A stretch of 51,110 nt of DNA, from contig JAZUCI010000131.1 of NCBI GenBank assembly GCA_045639045.1, positions 1 to 51,110 on the forward strand. The letters run 5' to 3'. Under the pieces are notes generated by a model. That model was given only the letters and a program-made list of their open reading frames with translations. It had not been told where the DNA came from and did no database searches. Both the position numbers and the translations under genes were made by a program. The DNA comes from Christensenellaceae bacterium (lineage in GTDB: Bacteria > Bacillota > Clostridia > Christensenellales > Borkfalkiaceae). How positions within the stretch are numbered: the stretch's first letter is position 1; each line of letters begins with the position of its first letter. Shown piece after piece: positions 9,057 through 16,230 of the stretch.

Positions 9057-10382
9057 TCATACGCTTTCGGTGTTTTTCATTACGAATTTATAAAAATCTA
9101 CGGCGGGGGCAAGGCTATCCAGATTTACGTTTTCATCCACCCCGTGCACGCTGCCAAGCTGCGCGTTATCAATTACGAAGGGGGAAAAGCGCAAACAGTT
9201 ATCCGATATCGCGCTGAAAAAGCGGGAATCGCTTGCGGCTGTCATAAGATAGGGCGCGATTGCGGTTTGAGGAAAGACCTTTTTAATCCCTTCGCTAATT
9301 AAAGCGAAAGCGGACGAGGTGTAGTCGGTAAGGGAGGAGGAAACGCCGGGGAATAACACTTCGGTTTCCACGCCGTACTTTTCCGCCACTTTTTTTACCG
9401 CGGCAACGCTATCTTCCAGCCCTTGGTGGTGGGAATAGCGCATATCCGCAATTACGTACGCTTCTTCGGGCAACACGTTTGCCCCGTTTGATCCGCTTGC
9501 CATAGTAAACGCGAGCGTTGTGCGAAGCATTGCCGCCCCTTGGGGGGAAACCGCAGGCAACACCCGTTTTAATACGGGGCGAAATGCGCGGTTATGTTTT
9601 AATAAAAACCGCACGGCGCCCCCTTTCATCCCCTTCCCTATTACGCGGAAGGTTTCGCTTACCGTGGGGGAAAGATAGGTTTGGAACGGACACTTTTTTT
9701 CTACCGCCGCCATAAATTTAGCAAGGCGCACCAAAGGGGTATTTTTACCGGGGGCGGATGCGTGCCCGCCCTTGCCTTTGGCGGTAAATTTTAGGTTGGC
9801 GTATCCCTTTTCCCCTACGCCCACCATGGCGTAATTGCCTAACGCGCCTTTCATAGGCTGCGAAACAATCATACCACCTTCATCTAACACGAAGGAAAAG
9901 CGGATATCCCTTTTCAAAAGTTCCGAAACGATGGTTTGGGCGTGCGCGCCGCCTACCTCTTCGGTACGCGTGGAAACAAAATAAATATCGCGGGCGGGGG
10001 TAAAGCCTGCCGCTATCAACTCCTCTACCGCTTGCAACATGGCAAAAAGACCGCCTTTGGTATCCAGCGTTCCACGCCCCCAAAGCCTTCCTTCCGCCAC
10101 CGTACCCGAAAAGGGCGGATATTTCCAATCCCCCGTGGCTTCCACCACGTCCATGTGGTTCATAAAGCAAACGGGATTTTTACTTTCCTTCCCTTGCCAA
10201 CGAAGAAGCAAGCTGCCCGAAAAATCTTCCACCTTGCAAGTAGAAAACAAGCGGGGGAATTCGGCTTTTAATAGCGTGTGAAAGGCGTAAAACTTGGATA
10301 TATCCGTTTGGTTAGGGGTGGAAACCGTTTCCTTGCGAATCATTGCGGAAAGCCGGGTTGCATATTCGTTTGTTCGTTCCAT
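9057..10382 (-). CDS. M20/M25/M40-family metallopeptidase (ArgE/DapE/carboxypeptidase-like)
   Basis: 441 aa. Motifs NHMDVVEA and GRGTLDTKGG, with acidic metal-ligand region LDEGG. Confidence 0.85.
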   Translation of the reverse strand: MERTNEYATRLSAMIRKETVSTPNQTDISKFYAFHTLLKAEFPRLFSTCKVEDFSGSLLLRWQGKESKNPVCFMNHMDVVEATGDWKYPPFSGTVAEGRLWGRGTLDTKGGLFAMLQAVEELIAAGFTPARDIYFVSTRTEEVGGAHAQTIVSELLKRDIRFSFVLDEGGMIVSQPMKGALGNYAMVGVGEKGYANLKFTAKGKGGHASAPGKNTPLVRLAKFMAAVEKKCPFQTYLSPTVSETFRVIGKGMKGGAVRFLLKHNRAFRPVLKRVLPAVSPQGAAMLRTTLAFTMASGSNGANVLPEEAYVIADMRYSHHQGLEDSVAAVKKVAEKYGVETEVLFPGVSSSLTDYTSSAFALISEGIKKVFPQTAIAPYLMTAASDSRFFSAISDNCLRFSPFVIDNAQLGSVHGVDENVNLDSLAPAVDFYKFVMKNTESV

Positions 10383-10444
10383 AACTTACTCCATTCATTT
10401 CCTTAATCACAAGGAAAATTGTTGTTATTGATTCTTTATTTCCG

Positions 10445-11404
10445 TTAGGGAATTACGCGGATTTCAATATCCCCCGTTCGGCAGGTTACGTTACAAGCGC
10501 CTGCGCCCGCTACGCTTTGGGGTACGCGCTTACGCCCCGTTTTAGTGGTAACGGTGTAAGTTTTGGGGGTTAATAAGGACATTTCCACGTCCCCCGCGCT
10601 GGTTTTTACGTTGTATTCGCCCGCATCACAGCGGGAAATATCTACGTCCCCCGTGGTGGCGGTTATTTTCGTTTCGCCCACGGTTAGAACGTTATTTAGT
10701 TCTACGTCCCCCGTGTTTAAAGCAACCAACAGGCTTTGCGCGGTAACGTTTTCTATTTCTACGTCCCCCGTGGTGGCGTTAACGGTAATCCCGCCCGTAA
10801 CGGTGGCGCGACGGATGGAATAATCCCCCGTTCTGCCTTTTAAGGATAACGATTCTGCATTTCCCGTGAAGGAAATATCCCCCGTGGTTACTTGTAAAGA
10901 AACGTTCTTTGCCGCAGCCGAGTATCGGATATCCCCCGTACTCATTTTTACGCTTACGTTATGAAAGGTAAAATCGCTTGGCACGGTTACGTCCCCCGTA
11001 GTGCCCGTAACGGTTAGGTTTTGGTATTCCCCTTCGGGAAGGTATACGTTTACGTACTGTTTGGCAAAGCGGATGCCGACGTAATCGTACCATTTGCGGT
11101 TATCTTTACGGCTAACGGTTAAAACGCCGTTGACCACTTCTACGCTATACTGAATTTTCTTATCCACGTGACTAACTACGCTTGCGCCCGCGCCCGAAGT
11201 TGCGGAAACCAAACGGACGTCCGTTGCCCCCGCTTCTACCGAAACGGAAGTGAACTGCTGGCTTACTTGAAAGGTTTGTTCCTCAATCTTCGTCATATCG
11301 AATTTTTTAAAATTAAAACCGTTCCCCGCAAGCCCAACGACTGTTAAAAAGATACCCAAAAGGATAAGCGCTAAAGAGATATATATAATTTCTATTTTTT
11401 TCAT
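10445..11404 (-). CDS. DUF4097-family beta-helical repeat protein (putative adhesin-like), N-terminal TM anchor
   Basis: 319 aa with nine (T/A)GD(V/I/Y) repeat units (TTGDVTV, STGDIRY, TTGDISF, RTGDYSI, TTGDVEI, NTGDVEL, TTGDVDI, SAGDVEM, RTGDIEI). Third gene of a PadR operon. Confidence 0.8.
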   Translation of the reverse strand: MKKIEIIYISLALILLGIFLTVVGLAGNGFNFKKFDMTKIEEQTFQVSQQFTSVSVEAGATDVRLVSATSGAGASVVSHVDKKIQYSVEVVNGVLTVSRKDNRKWYDYVGIRFAKQYVNVYLPEGEYQNLTVTGTTGDVTVPSDFTFHNVSVKMSTGDIRYSAAAKNVSLQVTTGDISFTGNAESLSLKGRTGDYSIRRATVTGGITVNATTGDVEIENVTAQSLLVALNTGDVELNNVLTVGETKITATTGDVDISRCDAGEYNVKTSAGDVEMSLLTPKTYTVTTKTGRKRVPQSVAGAGACNVTCRTGDIEIRVIP

Positions 11405-11408
11405 CTTC

Positions 11409-12005
11409 TTATACCCCCTTTTTTACGAAGGCCTTTTTGATACAACGCCAAAACGCTACGCCTACTTTTATCAAACCTTTTGCAATAAACTTGCACGCGT
11501 AATAGGAAGGCAAAGTAAGCCCGATCAGAATCAGCGCCGCGCCCGCAAAGGCAACCCCACTACCCCAAGTAGTGCTTACGCCTAAAATTACGGAATACAC
11601 CAATCCGCCTACGCCCCCGATCCCAAATAGTACGGGTACGGCAAACATAGCCGCAACCCCCGCCCATAAGCTTACGTATAGGGCAAACACAAGCGCAAGG
11701 CCGACAATTAGCAAAATAGCCCATAAGGGAGAGCCGCAAATCAGTAACGCCTTTTCCCCCGCGGTAAGTTTGCGTTTCATCGTAAATTTTTGTTTTAATA
11801 ATTGCAGCAAGGGTGTTTCCGCGGTGATTTGCGCCGCAATTTCTTCCACCGTGCCAACGGCGGCAACCGCTTCCTCCTCGCTCATTCCATCTTCTATTCT
11901 TTCGTCAATCATCTCGCCGTAATATTCCAAAGATTTTTTTACGTCCTCTTCAGGGAATCCCTTCAGCCTAACGGCAAGCGCAATTGTAAATTCATTCTTT
12001 TTCAT
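11409..12005 (-). CDS. DUF1700-family membrane protein (PadR-operon partner)
   Basis: 198 aa. N-terminal helical domain is ...LKGFPEEDVKKSLEYYGEMIDE..., followed by hydrophobic Gly-rich TM helices. Overlaps the padR stop by 14 nt. Confidence 0.75.
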   Translation of the reverse strand: MKKNEFTIALAVRLKGFPEEDVKKSLEYYGEMIDERIEDGMSEEEAVAAVGTVEEIAAQITAETPLLQLLKQKFTMKRKLTAGEKALLICGSPLWAILLIVGLALVFALYVSLWAGVAAMFAVPVLFGIGGVGGLVYSVILGVSTTWGSGVAFAGAALILIGLTLPSYYACKFIAKGLIKVGVAFWRCIKKAFVKKGV

Positions 12006-12315
12006 CTTCTTCCCCCTTCATTACGAATTGGTAAATGGAAATCATTTCCTTCCATTCTTCGCTAAATTCCTTTAATCTGTTTTTTCCTGCTTGCGTAATC
12101 GTGTAATATCTTCTAAGCCTACCGTTATACTCCGCGCTGCGCACGGTTAAGCAGTTGCTTGATTCTAACCGCCTTAAAATGGGATACAAGGTAGATTCGG
12201 AAATATCTACGTACGGCTTCATCTCCTTAATGATTTGATATCCGTAACTTTCCTCTTTTTTAATTGCCGCAAGCACGCAGATATCCAAAATTCCGCGTTT
12301 CATTTGAATATCCAT
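11992..12315 (-). CDS. padR: PadR-family transcriptional regulator
   Basis: 107 aa. Winged helix is ILDICVLAAIKKEESYGYQIIKEM...STLYPILRRLE...YYTIT. Confidence 0.9.
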   Translation of the reverse strand: MDIQMKRGILDICVLAAIKKEESYGYQIIKEMKPYVDISESTLYPILRRLESSNCLTVRSAEYNGRLRRYYTITQAGKNRLKEFSEEWKEMISIYQFVMKGEEDEKE

Positions 12316-12362
12316 TTGCTTCCTCCTTTTACTTGAGCGGCTAATACCACCCCTCGCATAAT

Positions 12363-12391
12363 ACTATACAACACACAGTATTAATTGTCAA
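12363..12391 (-). promoter_or_regulatory. Sigma-A promoter of the padR operon (TTGACA-17-TATAGT)
   Basis: Minus strand reads ttgaca attaatactgtgtgttg tatagt. It contains an ATACT-N11-AGTAT inverted repeat that could be the PadR operator. Confidence 0.6.
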
Positions 12392-12470
12392 GCGTTTTTT
12401 TAAAAAACTGAAAATTTTTTTGCGAAATGCTTTTTATAAGTAAAGGTTTTCCCCCAAATTTTTAAAAAAA

Positions 12471-12511
12471 GAAGGGCAGGCTATAATTTTAGCCTTGCCC
12501 TGACGTGGTGG
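12471..12511 (-). repeat. Second, compact copy of the tmRNA 3'-flank: CCACCA + terminator hairpin
   Basis: agccttgccctgacgtggtgg (12491-12511) is identical to 12651-12671. gaagggcaggct(t)ata (12471-12485) matches 12603-12618. On the minus strand this copy reads CCACCACGUCAGGGCAAGGCU-loop-AGCCUGCCCUUCUUUUUUU. Confidence 0.8.
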
Positions 12512-12602
12512 TCTTGTGCGTGTAAAATACGCATTAAGACACCGCGTATTATATAGGGCTCCCAAAAAGATTTTGTTAAGACAAAAGATTTTTGGGAAAA
12601 AG

Positions 12603-12665
12603 GAAGGGCAGGCTTATAGGTCAAGCCGTTGCAACAACGGCGGACGAAATAGCCTTGCCCTGACG
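12603..12665 (-). terminator. Compound terminator hairpin immediately 3' of ssrA
   Basis: Outer stem is GGGCAAGGCU / AGCCUGCCC. It encloses an inner perfect hairpin gccgttg caa caacggc and is followed by CUUCCUUUUUCCC on the minus strand. Confidence 0.6.
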
Positions 12666-13012
12666 TGGTGGAGCAGTGGGGACTTGCACCCCAGTCTTAC
12701 ACGGATAACCACTGCTTTCTACATACTTATTTTACCTTTTATCCCTTACGGAGGACTTCGGTAAACGGAATTCCCCCGCCGTGAAAAGCGTAAGTGCCGC
12801 TAGCCTTCCGCTTTTAAAAAGGCTTCGCCGTTCCCCGCCGTTTTTCTGATGCCCGACATCCTACCTGCGGGTAGCAGGAGCGGACAACGCAGTTAAGCTG
12901 CGTATGCTAATTCGTTAGAATTTGCGTTTAAATTTAATACCCTTTTTAACGAAGCAGGGCGCTTCGGTATGCTTACAGGGGCGCACCGTGCAATCGAATC
13001 TGCAACTGCCCC
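12666..13012 (-). ncRNA. ssrA: tmRNA (transfer-messenger RNA, SsrA)
   Basis: Minus strand begins GGGGCAGUUGCAGAUUCGAUUGCACGG and ends GACUGGGGUGCAAGUCCCCACUGCUCCACCA. The 7-bp acceptor stem has the G3:U70 alanine identity pair. There is an internal tag ORF ending GCAGCUUAA. The length of 347 nt and the position downstream of rnr-smpB match B. subtilis synteny. Confidence 0.88.
12893..12925 (-). other. tmRNA tag reading frame, predicted tag ANSNELAYAA*
   Basis: GCA AAU UCU AAC GAA UUA GCA UAC GCA GCU UAA. Same length and same ...YA-AA end style as the E. coli ANDENYALAA tag. The resume codon assignment is my inference. Confidence 0.6.
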
Positions 13013-13035
13013 GTAAAATTCCGCTTGCGCGGAAT
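13013..13035 (-). terminator. Terminator-like hairpin between yfhO stop and the mature tmRNA 5' end
   Basis: Minus strand reads AUUCCGC GCAA GCGGAAU UUUAC, directly followed by GGGGCAG (tmRNA +1). It begins 4 nt after the yfhO TAA. Confidence 0.45.
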
Positions 13036-13039
13036 ATTT

Positions 13040-15772
13040 TTACGATATTATGCGAAGCAAGGGCGGAAATACGAATAGAGCCGCCGCCGTTACCGCGCCC
13101 AAAATAATCAACGCGATATACGAAAGGTTTGCCACGCGTTTGGTATTATACTTGATTTTAAGGAAAAAGGCAAGTAAAATACCGAGCATTGTGAAAATAG
13201 AAACCAAAGCCCCCAGCTTCAAACCGGGCGGAACGTACTTGATGCTGATGCGGTTCTCCCCTTGGATTAAGGGAATTGCCATGAAACCGTCCAGCGCCGC
13301 CGCAACTTTTACGCTTTTGCCGTTTACCTTTGCGGTATACCCCTTTTGATAAGGCACCGCAACGAACAGATAATCCCCGGCGTTTGCCGAAACTTTACCC
13401 GTGTAGGTATTCCCCTTTAAGGCTAAATCCGCGCTTGCCATATTTTGGCACATTTCCTTCATGGCGGAATCCGAAATACCGAACACCGAATAATTTCTAA
13501 GATACGCGTTTTTATTTAAGCGCAGTTCCACCCGAACCGAACAGTTTTCGTATTCGCCCAAGGTTAAAAATCCGTTGTGCAAATTATAGGGGAACCCCCT
13601 GCCGTCCGCAACCAACGCGCCGTTTACGTATACGTCCGCTAAATTATTTGGCCATACGTCCGTACTTGTAAAAATGCCTTGGTCGTACACTTCTAAATAC
13701 AGCGTTTGCTTTTCGGTTACGTTGAAAAAGAAGTTGACGGTAGGATTCGCGCCGCCCGTAGAGCCGATAATATATCCTTCCCCGTTGGGATTAGGTACGA
13801 TAACTGCGTTTTCCCCCTTCCAATCCTTCCATTCGGTAATTAACGGACGGCCTTGGGGGCAAAGCGCGGAATAAATTTTCCTTAAATAGTCTACGCGGTC
13901 GTGCGCAAAAACGTTCGCGCTTTCGCTTAAATTTGCGCTTGTTACCACGCCCAACGGCAAGCAGTAGGGGGTATCTTCTAAATAGTAGTAACTTTCCTTT
14001 TTATCCCAATCGTAGCCGTATACCGTTTGATAGCGCATGGCAAAAAGCGCGTCCGTAAACACCGTTCCCGTATGCGAGCCCACTTCCATCCAGCAAGATT
14101 CGTAGCCGAGTTGCTTGAGTAGGCGCATGGTATCCTTATCCGTCATAGACGTATAGTGCGAAAGGGAATGATACCCCGCCGCACCCGTGTAGTTTACCAA
14201 ATAATTATATCGGCTTTCCTTTACGCGGTAAAAGGATTGCCCCGCGTTTTGATCCGCTTGCGCTTTATCCTTTTCCAAGGCAAGGACGATTTCGTTCGCG
14301 TTTTTAGAGCCCGCGTTTTCCGCCATATAGATACGGGTGGAAAAGGCGCATTCGGAAATAGCAAGGGATAAAACCACCGCGATTAGCGCCGCCTTTTTTA
14401 AAAGCTTAAAGCGATATAGAGCCGCCACGCAAAGACCAAACAGCAGTATCCAGCCGTAATAGGATAAAAAGGCTTCGTACGAAGAAGTATTCCCCATTAA
14501 CGTGCTGGGAAAAGCGGTGAAAAGTTTCACGTTTTTCGTGGACTGCGTTATGGAATACGAAATCACGCCGCCAAGCGCGGTCAGTACGCAAACCGCGGTT
14601 AAAATATGCACCGCAAGTTTGGTTTTTGCGGAAAGAAGGAGTTCTTCCCTCCCCACCCCCTTTTCATCGATAGAAACGAAGCCGAGCGGTTTGGGCGTTA
14701 AACGCGCGCCCGCAATGGCAAGGGGTAAAAAGCAAGGAATAAACGCGTATCTTGCAGGGAACATCATATACGCGCCCAAATGCCATAGGCGATTCGTGGG
14801 TTCGTATATCACCGAAAACAAGGTAAGCGCAAAACATACGTAAAGGGGAACGTCCTTCCTGTTCGCCTTTCCAAAGAAAAAGAAGGGTACCACCGCAAGG
14901 GTGGATAAAAACAAGGGGAAAGAGGTGTTGATATCCGAAGTAATTCCCGCTGATTTGATAGAGGTTAAAAAATCGGTTAATTGCCGCGCGGAGGAGCCGT
15001 ACGCTAACAGTAAGGGAAGGCTTCCCGCTAAAGAAAGCAGTATCCCCAGCGCCGAACTAACCAAAAAACGCGCGGAAATTTCCTTTTTGTTTTGCTTTGT
15101 TGTGGTTACCGCCCATACCCCCGCGTAAAGCAGAATAAACAGCGCAACCATAAAGGTTAAATAAAAGCAAATATACGCAAACGCCACCAAAGCGCATACG
15201 TAAAGGTAGGGTTTTCCGCCGCCAAGGAGTTTGGTAAGCCCCAATAAAAGCAAGGGGAACAAATACACCGCGTCCATCCACAAAAGAATTTGATAATACG
15301 CCATTGCGTAACCGCAACATCCGTAAAAAAGCGAAAGCGCAAGCGCAAATCCCCTAGAAAGGGTAGGATGCGCGTGGCGGAAATAAACGAAGGCGGTAAA
15401 CGCGCCCGCGCACAGTTTTAGTAGCACCAAAATATTGGCAAAATTAGGAATTGCCGTTTTGGGAACGAACGCCACCAAAAGGTGAAAGGGACTGGAAACG
15501 TAATAATAGAATACCCCTAAAAAATTCATACCGCCCGCGTTTTGCGCGCTGTATAATAGGCTGGTTTTCCCCGAAAGTACGTCCTTTAGGTTGCAAAGCA
15601 TGGGAACGACTTGCGAATCCATATCGCACCACGAAATGCTCTTATCCCCAAACGGATACACGCCCTTGCCGTGAAACACCCATAAAATTACGGTGGCTAT
15701 GATAACGGGGGGCAAAAGATAACAAAGCGCGCTTAAAATTTGCTTGGTTTTTTCTTTTGAAACGCGTATCAT
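13040..15772 (-). CDS. yfhO: YfhO-family polytopic membrane protein (GT-C-like glycosyltransferase family)
   Basis: 910 aa. The N-terminal pattern ...GDKSISWCDMDSQVVPMLCNLKDVL...LLYSAQNAGGMNFLGVFYYYVSSPFHLLVAFVP is typical of YfhO. Many TM helices, a large extracytoplasmic C-terminal domain and a final TM helix. ATGA overlap with the smpB stop. Confidence 0.8.
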   Translation of the reverse strand: MIRVSKEKTKQILSALCYLLPPVIIATVILWVFHGKGVYPFGDKSISWCDMDSQVVPMLCNLKDVLSGKTSLLYSAQNAGGMNFLGVFYYYVSSPFHLLVAFVPKTAIPNFANILVLLKLCAGAFTAFVYFRHAHPTLSRGFALALSLFYGCCGYAMAYYQILLWMDAVYLFPLLLLGLTKLLGGGKPYLYVCALVAFAYICFYLTFMVALFILLYAGVWAVTTTKQNKKEISARFLVSSALGILLSLAGSLPLLLAYGSSARQLTDFLTSIKSAGITSDINTSFPLFLSTLAVVPFFFFGKANRKDVPLYVCFALTLFSVIYEPTNRLWHLGAYMMFPARYAFIPCFLPLAIAGARLTPKPLGFVSIDEKGVGREELLLSAKTKLAVHILTAVCVLTALGGVISYSITQSTKNVKLFTAFPSTLMGNTSSYEAFLSYYGWILLFGLCVAALYRFKLLKKAALIAVVLSLAISECAFSTRIYMAENAGSKNANEIVLALEKDKAQADQNAGQSFYRVKESRYNYLVNYTGAAGYHSLSHYTSMTDKDTMRLLKQLGYESCWMEVGSHTGTVFTDALFAMRYQTVYGYDWDKKESYYYLEDTPYCLPLGVVTSANLSESANVFAHDRVDYLRKIYSALCPQGRPLITEWKDWKGENAVIVPNPNGEGYIIGSTGGANPTVNFFFNVTEKQTLYLEVYDQGIFTSTDVWPNNLADVYVNGALVADGRGFPYNLHNGFLTLGEYENCSVRVELRLNKNAYLRNYSVFGISDSAMKEMCQNMASADLALKGNTYTGKVSANAGDYLFVAVPYQKGYTAKVNGKSVKVAAALDGFMAIPLIQGENRISIKYVPPGLKLGALVSIFTMLGILLAFFLKIKYNTKRVANLSYIALIILGAVTAAALFVFPPLLRIIS

Positions 15773-16224
15773 CTGCCGTATTCCTTGATTTGACGGCGAG
15801 TATCCCGATCCAAATCCCGTTCTTTAATGCTTTTTTTCTTATCTACCACGTTTTTACCGCGGCAAAGGGCAACTTCCACTTTTACCAAGGCATCCTTAAA
15901 ATATAGGCGTAAAGGGACCAAAGTAAAGCCCTTTTCCCCAATTTTGCCCACGATTTTATGGATTTCCCGCTTGTGCAAAAGCAGTTTTCTATCCCGTTTG
16001 GCGTCTTTAGAATTATACGCGCCCGACTTATCGTAAACGGCGATATGCGCGTTTTTTAAGGTTACTTCCCCGTTTCTAACGAAGCAAAAGGAATCCTTAA
16101 TATTCGCGTTGCCCATACGAAGGGATTTTACTTCCGCGCCTTCTAACACGATGCCTGCTTCAAAGGTATCTTCCACAAAATATTCAAAGCGAGCTTGCTT
16201 GTTGTAAGAAATTTCCTTTTCCAT
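15769..16224 (-). CDS. smpB: SsrA-binding protein SmpB
   Basis: 151 aa: NKQARFEYFVEDTFEAGIVLEGAEVKS...KLLLHKREI, with a basic C-terminal tail. Confidence 0.95.
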   Translation of the reverse strand: MEKEISYNKQARFEYFVEDTFEAGIVLEGAEVKSLRMGNANIKDSFCFVRNGEVTLKNAHIAVYDKSGAYNSKDAKRDRKLLLHKREIHKIVGKIGEKGFTLVPLRLYFKDALVKVEVALCRGKNVVDKKKSIKERDLDRDTRRQIKEYGR

Positions 16225-16230
16225 ATATCC

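Noticed and set aside
10560-11000. Periodic short DNA motif (a/c)n(g/a)tcccccgt recurring about nine times at 45-60-nt spacing, superficially like a repeat array
   Set aside because: It lies wholly inside a long ORF and encodes the (T/A)GD(V/I) repeat of a DUF4097 beta-helix protein. The spacing is irregular and the motif is only about 8-20 nt long. It is not a CRISPR array or a non-coding repeat.
12516-12764. 82-aa plus-strand ORF in the padR-yfhO gap
   Set aside because: It overlaps the 3' part of the tmRNA gene on the opposite strand and the duplicated terminator region. It has no RBS, and the tmRNA explains this DNA.
12316-13040. Integrated island or prophage at the tmRNA gene
   Set aside because: The repeats flank only about 140 bp. 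No integrase, excisionase or phage genes occur anywhere in the window. I report it only as a possible scar.
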